Positions 46,787 through 56,683 of a stretch of DNA of 56,684 bases are shown here, one piece after another (position 1 is the stretch's first letter; every line of letters starts with the position of its first letter). The position numbers and the translations under genes were made by a program. Origin of the DNA: Gammaproteobacteria bacterium (lineage in GTDB: Bacteria; Pseudomonadota; Gammaproteobacteria; SZUA-229); contig WFOC01000084.1 of assembly GCA_015488295.1 (NCBI GenBank), positions 1 to 56,684 of the forward strand, written 5' to 3'. Below the pieces are notes generated by a model. That model saw only the letters and a program-made list of their open reading frames with translations. It had not been told where the DNA came from and did not search any database.

Positions 46787-47698
46787 ATGACAGATAACAG
46801 CAGTAAAAAAACAAATTCTAACAACGATGATTTCAAGGTCAAAGTCGGCCTTGCCGAAATGCTGAAAGGCGGTGCCATCATGGATGTCACCAACGCCGAG
46901 CAGGCAAAAATTGCCGAAGATGCCGGTGCCTGCGCCGTAATGGCGCTGGAACGTATCCCTTCCGATATTCGTCGTGACGGCGGCGTGGCACGCATGTCCG
47001 ATCCCGACATGATCCAGCAGATCAAGGACACGGTTTCCATTCCGGTGATGGCGAAATGTCGCATCGGTCACTTTGCCGAAGCACAGATCATCCAGGCACT
47101 GGAAGTTGATTTCATCGACGAGTCCGAAGTGCTGACCCCGGCCGACGATGTCAACCACATTTACAAACACGATTACAAAGTGCCCTTCGTCTGCGGCGCA
47201 ACCAACCTCGGCGAAGCACTGCGCCGCATCGGTGAGGGTGCCGCCATGATTCGCACCAAGGGCGAAGCCGGCAGCGGCAACATCATCGAAGCCGTGCGCC
47301 ACATGCGCGCACTGCAAAGCGAGATGGCACGCCTGACCACACTCGGTCAGGAACAACTGATGGCCGTCGCCAAAGACATGGGCGCACCCTACGACCTGGT
47401 GTGTTACGTCGCTGAACATGGTGAGTTACCGGTACCAAACTTTTCTGCCGGTGGCATTGCCACCCCTGCCGATGCCGCGCTGGTTCGCCAGCTGGGCGCA
47501 CAGGCGGTATTCGTCGGTTCCGGCATTTTCAAATCCGACGACCCGGCCGCACGCGCGGTTGCCATCGTCAAAGCCACCACCCATTTTGATGACCCGGCAG
47601 TACTGCTGGAAGTCAGCCGTGGCCTGCAACCTGGCATGAAAGGCCTGGAAATGTCAGAGATTCCCGAAGAAGAGCGTCTGGCGGGACGCGGCTGGTAA
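46787..47698 (+). CDS. pdxS: Pyridoxal 5'-phosphate synthase, lyase subunit
   Basis: [42 protein letters not shown]... Confidence 0.95.
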   Translation: MTDNSSKKTNSNNDDFKVKVGLAEMLKGGAIMDVTNAEQAKIAEDAGACAVMALERIPSDIRRDGGVARMSDPDMIQQIKDTVSIPVMAKCRIGHFAEAQIIQALEVDFIDESEVLTPADDVNHIYKHDYKVPFVCGATNLGEALRRIGEGAAMIRTKGEAGSGNIIEAVRHMRALQSEMARLTTLGQEQLMAVAKDMGAPYDLVCYVAEHGELPVPNFSAGGIATPADAALVRQLGAQAVFVGSGIFKSDDPAARAVAIVKATTHFDDPAVLLEVSRGLQPGMKGLEMSEIPEEERLAGRGW

Positions 47699-47704
47699 AC
47701 GCCA

Positions 47705-48277
47705 GTGAGCAAAACCGTTGGCGTGCTGGCACTGCAGGGCGCTTACCAGAAACATGTAGAAAGTCTGGAAAAACTGGGTGTGGCTTGCCGGCTGATACGC
47801 AAAGCAGGCGAACTGGAAAACTGCGCCGCGCTGATTCTGCCCGGCGGCGAATCGACCACCATCAGCCTGTTATTGCAGGAAAATGGCCTGTACCAGCCGA
47901 TAAAATTTTTTGCGCAGAACCACCCGGTAATGGGCGTGTGCGCCGGCATGATCATGATGGCTAGTGAAGTCGACGATAAACGCGTGACACCGCTGGCGCT
48001 GTTACCCTTCAAGGCGCAGCGAAATTTTTACGGCCGACAGGTACACAGCTTTACAGACGATATAAAACTGACGTTTGACAGCAAGCCCTTTAACGCGCCC
48101 TTCATCCGCGCACCGGGCATAAAAAATCCGTCGGCAGAAATTAAAGTGCTGGCAACACACAAGGAAGAAACCGTGATGATAGGCTGTGGAAAGCATGTTG
48201 CATTATCTTTCCACCCGGAACTGACCGATGATACACGGATACACGAATACTGGCTTAGCCGGAGTAATAATTTTTAG
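47705..48277 (+). CDS. pdxT: Pyridoxal 5'-phosphate synthase, glutaminase subunit
   Basis: VGVLALQG...LILPGGESTT...GVCAG...FHPE. GTG start. Confidence 0.9.
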   Translation: MSKTVGVLALQGAYQKHVESLEKLGVACRLIRKAGELENCAALILPGGESTTISLLLQENGLYQPIKFFAQNHPVMGVCAGMIMMASEVDDKRVTPLALLPFKAQRNFYGRQVHSFTDDIKLTFDSKPFNAPFIRAPGIKNPSAEIKVLATHKEETVMIGCGKHVALSFHPELTDDTRIHEYWLSRSNNF

Positions 48278-48334
48278 TTATAAATTTTTAATTAACAACT
48301 AAAAACTCACAATTCACAATTACCTAACCAACAT

Positions 48335-48832
48335 ATGCAGACACCAAACAAAAAAACCGGCACTTCTCCGCTGTTCCCGACCACACTCTCACTACCGCTG
48401 AAAGTGTTGCCCTCTTTTGTGCACAACAAAGTGCTGGTGACCACGCTCAACAGGATATTTGCCACCGAACTGAAAGAAGGCGAGCTGGATTTTTTACAGG
48501 ATAAAGTCGTTCACATCTCGATTGAAGACGGCGGCGTTGACTATCGCTTTACCCTGCGCGGCGACAAGCTGGTCGCTGCTGATAAAAACATCGCCGCCGA
48601 CCTGACCTTGCAGGGCACAATCTACAACTACCTGTTACTGGCCAGCCGTCAGGAAGACACCGACACCTTATTTTTCAGCCGCCGCCTGCGCATGCAGGGA
48701 GACACCGAACTGGGTCTGTATGTGAAAAACTTTCTCGACGGCATGGACATGGATTCACACAAGATTCCGTCCTATCTGAAATCAGTATTGCAAAAAAGCC
48801 TGCCGGTATATGAACGCCTGTTCGGCAAATAA
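48335..48832 (+). CDS. ubiT: SCP2-domain protein, UbiT (YhbT)-like accessory factor of anaerobic ubiquinone synthesis
   Basis: 165 aa with an SCP2-like pattern (...RRLRMQGDTELGLYVKNFLD). ubiU and ubiV lie 3 kb away. Confidence 0.65.
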   Translation: MQTPNKKTGTSPLFPTTLSLPLKVLPSFVHNKVLVTTLNRIFATELKEGELDFLQDKVVHISIEDGGVDYRFTLRGDKLVAADKNIAADLTLQGTIYNYLLLASRQEDTDTLFFSRRLRMQGDTELGLYVKNFLDGMDMDSHKIPSYLKSVLQKSLPVYERLFGK

Positions 48833-48836
48833 GACA

Positions 48837-48995
48837 TTATTCGGTTGAAAAATACATCCACGCTGTCATAAAAAACAGAAAAATAATAAACGTGACCAGG
48901 CCGGTAACAAAATCACTCGGTGCCTTTTTATCACCTTCAGTCTCAGGGTTCTGATCTAACCCGGCTTTCGATTCGGTGCTGCTTTTATCGTTCAT
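48837..48995 (-). CDS. Possible 52-aa tail-anchored peptide (weak)
   Basis: My translation: MNDKSSTESKAGLDQNPETEGDKKAPSDFVTGLVTFIIFLFFMTAWMYFSTE. Poor RBS. Confidence 0.25.
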   Translation of the reverse strand: MNDKSSTESKAGLDQNPETEGDKKAPSDFVTGLVTFIIFLFFMTAWMYFSTE

Positions 48996-49114
48996 CGTAA
49001 GGTCTGCTTTCTCTTGTATTCATCTTAAATAACTCGACAGATAGTCTACCGTAGAAACGTGGCTGTTTGGAAACTCTGCACACGACTGACCGGCTCATTG
49101 ACCTGGCCTGATAT

Positions 49115-49134
49115 ATATTAGAATTTTCTAATAT
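49115..49134. promoter_or_regulatory. Operator-like palindrome ATATTAGAA-TT-TTCTAATAT upstream of the YceI-like gene
   Basis: Perfect 9+2+9 dyad about 65 nt upstream of the 49198 ATG. Confidence 0.4.
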
Positions 49135-49197
49135 ACTGAATCAGCCAACAATAACGCCATTATTACCCATCACCTAAAACAGGCTCTGCTGTACCTG

Positions 49198-49815
49198 ATG
49201 CTCTGCGTAGTCGCCCCGGTCAACGCAGACAACGAAGAACTGTGCGCGCAATTTAAAGACACAACGGTTAATCAGGACATGATGAAACTGATGCTGCAGG
49301 CTGCGACGGACGGTAATTTATACCGCATTAAACCCGGCTCTTCAAAAATGGGATTTTGCATCAACAGCCCGGTAGGAAAAATCGAAGCAGAGTTTCACCG
49401 CTTCAAAGGCGGCCTGGCGCTGAATGACTTTATGCAGCACGGCACCTCTCTGATTCATATTGATGTCGACAGTCTGGAGACAAATTCGGGCTTTATCAAA
49501 AACATGCTGAAAGGTGACAGTTTTCTGGACAGCGAACAATACCCCGACATTGTTTTTATAAGCACGGGGATCGAATGGATAAAAGACACGCAAGGTGTAC
49601 TAAAAGGCAATCTCACCATGCACGGCATTACAAAAGCTGTCGCCTTTTATGTTGAACTGAAAAAAACAGAAAGCGCGCCGGGCGAAGAATCCCTGACCAT
49701 CAAAGCCTCAACAACCATCCAGCGCACCGAATTTAATATGCACACACTTGTGCCCATAGTGGATGACCGTGTCACCCTGTGTATGTCGATAGACGCTTAC
49801 AAGTACAAGTCCTGA
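49198..49815 (+). CDS. YceI-like (polyisoprenoid-binding) periplasmic protein
   Basis: YceI pattern ...IHIDVDSLETN...SEQYPDIVFIS...LKGNLTMHGITKAV... The true start is unclear: the signal peptide looks N-terminally incomplete and there is no upstream in-frame ATG/GTG. Confidence 0.7.
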   Translation: MLCVVAPVNADNEELCAQFKDTTVNQDMMKLMLQAATDGNLYRIKPGSSKMGFCINSPVGKIEAEFHRFKGGLALNDFMQHGTSLIHIDVDSLETNSGFIKNMLKGDSFLDSEQYPDIVFISTGIEWIKDTQGVLKGNLTMHGITKAVAFYVELKKTESAPGEESLTIKASTTIQRTEFNMHTLVPIVDDRVTLCMSIDAYKYKS

Positions 49816-49852
49816 ATCCCGAGCATCCTTTAGAAACGGCTTTGCGCTTTAA

Positions 49853-50356
49853 TCAAATTTCTTTAGGCCGTAACAGGCTTAGCAGCTCTGCCTGCCCCGG
49901 TTTATTTAATGCTGCAGGCGAAGCCAGCCGAAAACAGGCCACCGCGCAGGTGGTCATTAACTTGCCGCTATCGGAGAGCGGTGGTGGTGAACTGGCGAGG
50001 TGGCTCACCAGATAATCCATGCCCGGGTTATGCGCCAGAATCAGCAGCCGCTGGGCTTCACTCGCATAAAGTTCGATGATCTCGCAGATGGTTCCGACAT
50101 CAGCCAGATAAAGCTGGCGATCAATGATGACGTTATTTTCAGGTCGCGGTAAATTTTGCAGTAGCAACTCGGCAGTCTGCTGCGTGCGTCGTGCGGAAGA
50201 AACAACCATGCAGTCCGGCACCAGGCCGGCATCATTCAGATAAGCGCCCATGCGCACCGCATCCTGCTCGCCACGCGCATTCAGCGACCGCTCGATATCC
50301 GCCGTGTGGCTGTGCCAGTCTGATTTGGCGTGACGCATCAACATTAATTCAAACAT
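49853..50356 (-). CDS. sixA: Histidine phosphatase superfamily protein, SixA-like
   Basis: MFELMLMRHAKSDW (RHA catalytic motif) ... ILAHNPG. 167 aa. Confidence 0.7.
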   Translation of the reverse strand: MFELMLMRHAKSDWHSHTADIERSLNARGEQDAVRMGAYLNDAGLVPDCMVVSSARRTQQTAELLLQNLPRPENNVIIDRQLYLADVGTICEIIELYASEAQRLLILAHNPGMDYLVSHLASSPPPLSDSGKLMTTCAVACFRLASPAALNKPGQAELLSLLRPKEI

Positions 50357-50434
50357 AACAATCAGCCTCCGTTTTTCCGGCCTACTGTTTATGTTACATC
50401 TTGAAGCCTACAACATAAAACTTTAAACAGCTCT

Positions 50435-51373
50435 TTATGTGTTTTCAATCCGCTGATAATAACGCATGCGATACAGCAGGCGCTTGTTTGCTTCATCATC
50501 TTCAAAACCGGAACGATCATGCAGCACATTATTGCTGATCAGCCCCTGCCCTGACTGCAGTGTTCCCCGGTAAATATAGGGTGAATCGGTGTGCAGATAA
50601 TCATGCAGCAAGGCCACAGCTTCGCGTGCCGCCTTGTTCTGCTTCCATTTAATACTGCGCGTTCTGGCGGTATAACGCATGTGCAGGCTGCCATCAGCAG
50701 TGATCGAGAATACCGGGCCGTAACGATCCGGTCGAATGACTTCGCCATCTTTACTGACGTTGGCCGGAATCATCATCACATGCGGGTCCATCAAGGCGCG
50801 GATATAATCCGGGTTCTCCTGGCGCAGTCGAATATAGATTATTTCGTGATCAAGCAAGGCATTCTCACCGCCACTGATTGCCGGGTTCACACAGTGTAAA
50901 AACAGTGAATTAATCTGCCGATCAATCGTGTTGTAATAACCATCGGTGTGCCAGTGAATAGAACGGTTGGTATAAGGAATATAGTCGCCACGCCAGTCAC
51001 CGTCTGCCACGCGCAGCGCAGTGATGCCATCATCCGCACCGCGATTATCATCCGGCTTGGTCAGACCAAACTGTTGCGCCAGTCCGGCAGGAATTGACTT
51101 GTCCGGGTCATCACCGGTCTTGCCTGCGTAAACAGCCATATTGGTTTTTCTGACCAGATCACGAATAACTTTATATTCTGCATCACTCAGATTTCTTGGG
51201 TCATTCACTTCAACAATGATGTCCTCAAGATTCTGTGGATAATCATCCATCTTGTTTTCCAGCCAGGCATGGTATGCCGTGTCATTATCAAGATCGAAAG
51301 GACTACCCAACTTGTATTTATCACTGGAATAGTTTGTTGTTGTCGAAGTCATTTTTAAAACACCTTTACTCAT
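50435..51373 (-). CDS. TauD/TfdA-family Fe(II)/2-oxoglutarate-dependent oxygenase
   Basis: HWHTDGYY (H-x-D facial triad) and a distal His. An alternative start lies at 51352. Confidence 0.7.
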   Translation of the reverse strand: MSKGVLKMTSTTTNYSSDKYKLGSPFDLDNDTAYHAWLENKMDDYPQNLEDIIVEVNDPRNLSDAEYKVIRDLVRKTNMAVYAGKTGDDPDKSIPAGLAQQFGLTKPDDNRGADDGITALRVADGDWRGDYIPYTNRSIHWHTDGYYNTIDRQINSLFLHCVNPAISGGENALLDHEIIYIRLRQENPDYIRALMDPHVMMIPANVSKDGEVIRPDRYGPVFSITADGSLHMRYTARTRSIKWKQNKAAREAVALLHDYLHTDSPYIYRGTLQSGQGLISNNVLHDRSGFEDDEANKRLLYRMRYYQRIENT

Positions 51374-51391
51374 TTTTCACAAAGCCACTTG

Positions 51392-52321
51392 TTACGGATT
51401 GCTGACCGCCGAGGCATCCATACCTGCCTCACCACGCCAGTAACCATCACACTCACCTGACATGATAAATTTCTGCATCGCCTGTTCGGCTTCGTCGTTA
51501 TCAATCTTGCCATGCAAACGATCATCAAAAATCTGGATGATCTGTTCCGTATTTCTCGACTGCGGAGAGATGCGCAAGATGTCAATTTCAAGCTCGATAA
51601 AATCATCCATGTCTCGAATTAAATTTTGTGTTTTTGCTGACTGTGTCTGAATGCCGTTGAGCACCAGGAAGGATTCATCTTCCCGTGTGCGCAACATCAG
51701 GCCATCAGAATAATCCAGGCAACGGAACTGGCAATCATCTTTCGGCAGATTATGCGCCCGCGCAGTAAAACACCGCGCTGAAAATGCCAGCGGTAAACGA
51801 CCAAAAACAAACACTTCGGTTTCAACCCCCAGTGGTCGCTTCTGATGCATTTCAGTCAAGGTTTCCCTGGAAAGCTCAACCGGCAACACCCAACGCTTCA
51901 TGCCAGATCTGGCCAGCACTTCCAGCGTACGTGAGTTATAAATATTCACCGCCGGGCCAGTCGAAAAGGCTTTCTTGCCGGCCATCAACTGCACCGCAGA
52001 CATGTCATTGGCTTCCACCATGTAATCTTCATTGCTGCATATTTTTCGCAGCGCGCTCAACTCCGAATGCGCCTCAAGCAAAGTCAGCGTCGACAGCACC
52101 ACTTCCTTGCCCGCCTCTTTTAACAGCCCGGCAATTTGCAACCATGCATCAGGGCGTAACAAACGACGTTTCGAACACACCGTCTCACCCAGATAAACAA
52201 TGTCGACGTTAGTGTCGGCGATAGACTCATAAAATTTGAACACATCATCACGCGGCCAGTAATATAAAAGCGGACCGAGAGAGAGTTTTGGTTTTTTGGT
52301 GTTTGTTTGTATGTTATTCAT
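51392..52321 (-). CDS. ubiV: U32-family protein UbiV (O2-independent ubiquinone hydroxylation)
   Basis: KLSLGPLLYYWPRDDVFKFYESIA...YLGETVCSKRR closely parallels E. coli YhbV. FSARCFTAR Cys motif. Confidence 0.85.
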   Translation of the reverse strand: MNNIQTNTKKPKLSLGPLLYYWPRDDVFKFYESIADTNVDIVYLGETVCSKRRLLRPDAWLQIAGLLKEAGKEVVLSTLTLLEAHSELSALRKICSNEDYMVEANDMSAVQLMAGKKAFSTGPAVNIYNSRTLEVLARSGMKRWVLPVELSRETLTEMHQKRPLGVETEVFVFGRLPLAFSARCFTARAHNLPKDDCQFRCLDYSDGLMLRTREDESFLVLNGIQTQSAKTQNLIRDMDDFIELEIDILRISPQSRNTEQIIQIFDDRLHGKIDNDEAEQAMQKFIMSGECDGYWRGEAGMDASAVSNP

Positions 52322-52439
52322 ATTTGTACATGCTTGAAATTTGGTACCGCTTTTATAAATGAAAAGTGAAAAATTTTAAGCAAAGTAGCTTTTAGCCTTT
52401 CATTTTTCACTTTTCACTTTTCATTGCACTGAGCTCCGC

Positions 52440-53435
52440 TCACTGCCAGGGTCTGTGATAAGCCCCCAACGTGGTCTGCGAACCTTCTGAAACTTTTTCC
52501 AGCGCTGCCATCCAGTCGGCCTGGCTGTGAAAATTTTCCGGGTCTTTCTCACACAGGTCAATCGCATCGCGCCAGACTTTGGTTACCTGTGCAACATAGG
52601 CCGGGCTGCGCTGGCGGCCTTCGATTTTTATGGCATCAACACCGACTGCCTGTAGTTCGGGCAGCAGTTCCAGCGTATTCAGACTGGTTGGCTCTTCTAT
52701 GGCATAATAGGTGTTGCCTTCAACATTGAAGCGGCCTTTACACAGCGTCGGGTAGCCTGCTGATTCGCCTTCACCGTGGCGGTCGATGAGGATGTTGTTT
52801 AATCTTGTTTCCAGACCGTCGGGGGTTTCGTTCCAGCTCACGGCGTTGGCCGGTGAGCAGGCACCAAACGTATTCGGTGAGCGACCAGTAACATAGGATG
52901 ACAACATGCAGCGGCCTTCGACCATCACGCAAAGACTGCCGAAGCCGAACACTTCAATCGGCACCGGGCTGTCCTGCGCGACCTGCTTCACCTGTTTCAG
53001 TGACAGCACACGCGGCAATACCACGCGCTGGATACCGAAGTTCTGATGATAAAAATTAATCGCCTCGGCGTTGGTTGCTGAACCCTGCACCGACAGATGC
53101 AATCGAAGTTCCGGCCAGCGATGGCTGGCATAATCCATCACGCCGATGTCGGCCAGGATCATTGCATCGACACCCATATCAGCGGCATGATCAACCGAAC
53201 GCTGCCAGCGTGACCAGCCCGAAGGCTGCGGAAAAGTATTAATCGCAACAAACACTTTGCAGCCGCGATCATGCGCATACTGAATGCCTTCCTGCGCACG
53301 CCTGTCATCAAAATTCAGGCCGGCAAAATGGCGTGCATTGGTATCATCTTTGAAACCCATGTACACCGCACTGGCACCGTTATCAACAGCGGCTTTCAGT
53401 GAGGGCAGGTTTCCTGCGGGACATACAAGTTCCAT
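52440..53435 (-). CDS. ubiU: U32-family protein UbiU
   Basis: MELVCPAGNLPSLKAAVDNGASAVYMGFKDDTNARHFAGLNF is nearly colinear with the E. coli YhbU N-terminus. Starting at 53435 gives 331 aa. Confidence 0.9.
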   Translation of the reverse strand: MELVCPAGNLPSLKAAVDNGASAVYMGFKDDTNARHFAGLNFDDRRAQEGIQYAHDRGCKVFVAINTFPQPSGWSRWQRSVDHAADMGVDAMILADIGVMDYASHRWPELRLHLSVQGSATNAEAINFYHQNFGIQRVVLPRVLSLKQVKQVAQDSPVPIEVFGFGSLCVMVEGRCMLSSYVTGRSPNTFGACSPANAVSWNETPDGLETRLNNILIDRHGEGESAGYPTLCKGRFNVEGNTYYAIEEPTSLNTLELLPELQAVGVDAIKIEGRQRSPAYVAQVTKVWRDAIDLCEKDPENFHSQADWMAALEKVSEGSQTTLGAYHRPWQ

Positions 53436-53455
53436 AATCGTTCTCAAATAAATAG

Positions 53456-54427
53456 TTATACAGTTACACAGGCCGGGCTTTTTGCTACGAACACACCCGG
53501 AAGCGATTTTTGATTTTCAGCCACGGCAGCATGCCCTGCCTGCTTTGCCAATGCCGCCGTGATGCCATTGAGCACCTGCCATTTTTTTGAACACCACGAT
53601 GGTGCCAGCAACACATTCGATGAAGCCGTGCCCGTCAGGCGATGAAAAACCACATCCGCAGGTGTAAGCTTGATCAACTCAACCACATCGGCGATATATT
53701 CACACATAGTCATCGGCTGGTATTCACCACGCCGCCATTCATTCGCCAGCTGCGTGCCTTTCACCACGTGCAGCGGATGAAACTTGAGGCCGTCAACACC
53801 AAGCGCCAGCACACGTTGCAGCGAATGAATATGATGCTCGGTGGCTTCACCCGGCAGACCGAGAATCAAATGCGTGCAGACTTTCAGGCCGCGACTGCGC
53901 GCTTTGAGCACCGCTTCTTCATATTCCGCAAAACCGTGACCACGATTAACATGCTTTAAAGAATCATCATGCGCCGACTGCAGGCCAAGTTCAAGCCAGA
54001 CTTCGTAACCCTGCTGCTGATAATTCACCAGCAGATCAAGCACCCTGTCCGGCACACAGTCCGGCCGCGTACCAACCGCCAGACCGATCACATCCGGCTC
54101 TTTCAGCGCTTCATCATAAAGCTGCGTGAGTTCCACCACATCAGCGTATGTGTTGGTATAGGCCTGAAAATAAGCGATATATTTTGTTGCCCCCGTGCGT
54201 TTCCGAATGACCTGACGACCGGCTTCGATCTGTTCACCAATCGGCTTCGGCTGACGACCGTTCGGGCTAAATGAAACATTATTACAAAACGTACAGCCAC
54301 CGCGACCGATACTGCCGTCGCGGTTCGGACAGGTAAAACCCGCATCAATGGCGACCTTGTGGACACGTTCGCCGTAACGCGCCAGCATGGCCTGACCGAA
54401 AGTATTTACGTATTGTGAGAGGATCAT
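53456..54427 (-). CDS. yhcC: Radical SAM protein of the YhcC/TIGR01212 type
   Basis: GFTCPNRDGSIGRGGCTFCN motif. 323 aa. Confidence 0.85.
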   Translation of the reverse strand: MILSQYVNTFGQAMLARYGERVHKVAIDAGFTCPNRDGSIGRGGCTFCNNVSFSPNGRQPKPIGEQIEAGRQVIRKRTGATKYIAYFQAYTNTYADVVELTQLYDEALKEPDVIGLAVGTRPDCVPDRVLDLLVNYQQQGYEVWLELGLQSAHDDSLKHVNRGHGFAEYEEAVLKARSRGLKVCTHLILGLPGEATEHHIHSLQRVLALGVDGLKFHPLHVVKGTQLANEWRRGEYQPMTMCEYIADVVELIKLTPADVVFHRLTGTASSNVLLAPSWCSKKWQVLNGITAALAKQAGHAAVAENQKSLPGVFVAKSPACVTV

Positions 54428-54494
54428 TTAGAACGCCGATAAACAGCGGGCAATCAAAGAGTTGTCATTTTCTATAAATACGGAAAAAGGGTTA

Positions 54495-54508
54495 ATGATC
54501 TAAATCAA
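54495..54508. promoter_or_regulatory. FNR/DNR-type box aTGATctaaATCAA upstream of yhcC-ubiU-ubiV
   Basis: Its centre is about 75 nt upstream of the 54427 start (minus strand). Confidence 0.5.
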
Positions 54509-54592
54509 AGGAGTGCTTGATTAGTGTGAATCCAGTTAAGACCGGACTATTTGCAGGTGTTTTCAGAATCACACGGATCGGATGTCTGCTTC

Positions 54593-54725
54593 CTGCCAGG
54601 AAGGGAAGTTGGCAGTTTGCAGTCGGCAGTTATCAGTTAAAAACAAAAAATCTGAAAACCACGTAATTTGCCGCACAAGCAATGCTTTTGCTTTTTACTG
54701 CCAACTGATAACTGCCAACTTCGCC
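54593..54725. repeat. MITE/REP-like element: copy B of the 52-nt repeat plus an imperfect inverted partner
   Basis: 54593-54644 matches 34853-34904 (50/52). The reverse complement of 54692-54725 is ggcgaagttggcagttatcagttggcagtaaaaa, which shares the gaagttggcagtt and ggcagttatcagtt blocks. Confidence 0.8.
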
Positions 54726-54752
54726 TTTGACTCAATAACAAACCTATATACG

Positions 54753-55412
54753 TTATTGACTCCATACTTGCGCTGCAAATACTGCCCGGATACTTCGCAC
54801 TTCGATCCTGGCGCTCCCGGCATTTTCCAATGCAGAAAGTAAGTCGTTACCTCTGGATTGAATAAAATACATACTGTCCCCGCATCGCGCCTTCTCTGCG
54901 AGCGTTTCAAAGTTTTCGATCAGCGCGTACGATCCATCGCCCCCCCGCCCGGAAACAAGCACATCGTCTGCAAGAGCCTGCACAGTATCATATGACCCGA
55001 TTACTCCGAAAACGAGCTTACCCTGGACGGCAAACAACGATTGCACAATTTTTATTCGTTGCCCTCTGTAATTGAGTTCGATTTTGTCGGAACGCTTCTG
55101 AACTACGCGGCAGTAATAATCAATGCCGGATTCATCTGGTCTTCGCTTTCGATAAGCCCGTTCATTTCGGTCTGCCTGATCAACAATGCGTTTGTCATAA
55201 ATATCCTTCCGAATGAGGACAACGCGATTTTCGTCCGCTAAAAAACTCTCCAGCTGTGTCCAGGCCTTATGCCTGGCAACAACAAATGTGCTTGCTGGAC
55301 CGGCAAACGCCACCTTGTACTTACCAGAATTATCAGTCAACACAGGGGCAGAGCAGAAAGACTTACCCATAACTAAAGGAAAGCCACCAGCCATACTCCA
55401 GTCCCAGCCCCA
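54753..55412 (-). pseudogene. 3' remnant of an unknown gene interrupted by the IS element
   Basis: The 225-aa ORF-track entry takes its first 6 codons (MSPVCT) from inside the IS inverted repeat. The native 5' part must lie beyond the IS. Confidence 0.5.
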
Positions 55413-56683
55413 TGTACAGACCGGAGACATAGGTTACAAAACGTTCGGACACATAGGTAACACTTTTTTCTAAAATCAGGCATCAATTTCTAAATGAGGA
55501 AATCAAGATGCCGTGGAAAGAGGTAAGTATTGTGTCGCTACGAAAAGAATTTGTTGCACTGGCAGAATTGCCCGGTGCCAATATAAGCGAATTATGCCGC
55601 CGTTATGAGATAAGCCGAAAAACAGCTTATAAATGGCTAAACCGTGCTCGATCAGGGCGCGTAGATTCCCTTCACAATCAATCAACACGTCCCAGCTGTT
55701 CGCCGAACAAAACCCCTGATGCCATCGAAGAACTCATCATCGAAGCCAGGCTCCGCTACTGTGAGTGGGGCGGTCGAAAACTAAAAAAAGTGCTGGAGAA
55801 TGAAGGCCATCAGGGTCTGCCAAGTCCCAGTACTATCACCGAAATATTGCGAAGAAACGGTCTGTTGAAGACGAGCTCAGAGCAGCATCGTGGCCCCTGG
55901 AAACGCTTCGAACATGCCCATGCAAATGACCTGTGGCAGATGGACTTTAAAGGGCCAATCAGTACGCACCTCGGTGGCTACCATGCTCTTACTGTTTTGG
56001 ACGATCACTCACGCTACTCATTAGGTATCGAAATATGCAACCGGCAGACATATCAGGACACCAGGGCGGCTTTAACCAGCATATTCAGGCGTTCTGGGTT
56101 ACCTAAAAGAATGACCATGGATAACGGTAACCCCTGGGGAAACACTCATGGCCGATGGACTCGATTCGCCGTCTGGTTAATCGATCAGGGTATTGGTGTC
56201 AGCTATTCAAGACCTTATCATCCACAGACGCAGGGGAAAGATGAGCGTTTCCACCGCTCTCTGAAGGCTGAACTGTTATCACGCAAGAACTTCAAAGATG
56301 CCAGCCATCTACAGGCAGGTTGTAATGAGTGGCGATTGTTGTATAACCAGAAAAGGCCGCATGAGTCACTGGATATGGATGTTCCTATCTCACGCTATCA
56401 AACCAGTACGCGCACTTACAAAGAAGAGGTGCCGCCCTTTGAATACTCTGCCGTAGACGCTGTACGTGTTGTTAATAAGGTGGGGCAAATCTCTTATAAA
56501 GGTAAGGTGTATAAGATTAGTGAGGCCTTCAGGGGGCAAAAAATCGGTATGCGTCCAACTGACATCGACGGAATAGTTGCCATTTACTATCGACATCAGA
56601 GGGTGACTCAGTTAGATTTAAGACAAACTAATGTGTAACCCATGTCCCCGAACAAAGTGTTACCTATGTCTCCGGTCTGTACA
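55413..56683 (+). mobile_element. IS481-family insertion sequence (1271 bp) with 22-bp perfect terminal inverted repeats
   Basis: The left end tgtacagaccggagacataggt equals the reverse complement of the right end. There is a single transposase ORF. Confidence 0.85.
55508..56638 (+). CDS. IS481-family DDE transposase (HTH + rve integrase core)
   Basis: N-terminal HTH (ISELCRRYEISRKTAYKWLNR). WQMDFKG, TMDNGNPW and QTQGKDERFH form a D, D, E pattern. Confidence 0.9.
   Translation: MPWKEVSIVSLRKEFVALAELPGANISELCRRYEISRKTAYKWLNRARSGRVDSLHNQSTRPSCSPNKTPDAIEELIIEARLRYCEWGGRKLKKVLENEGHQGLPSPSTITEILRRNGLLKTSSEQHRGPWKRFEHAHANDLWQMDFKGPISTHLGGYHALTVLDDHSRYSLGIEICNRQTYQDTRAALTSIFRRSGLPKRMTMDNGNPWGNTHGRWTRFAVWLIDQGIGVSYSRPYHPQTQGKDERFHRSLKAELLSRKNFKDASHLQAGCNEWRLLYNQKRPHESLDMDVPISRYQTSTRTYKEEVPPFEYSAVDAVRVVNKVGQISYKGKVYKISEAFRGQKIGMRPTDIDGIVAIYYRHQRVTQLDLRQTNV

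Noticed and set aside
46772-47419. 215-aa minus-strand ORF
   Set aside because: Antisense to pdxS, whose identity is unambiguous.
54582-54842. 86-aa plus-strand ORF
   Set aside because: It runs through the MITE-like repeat and overlaps the IS-interrupted gene remnant. No RBS.
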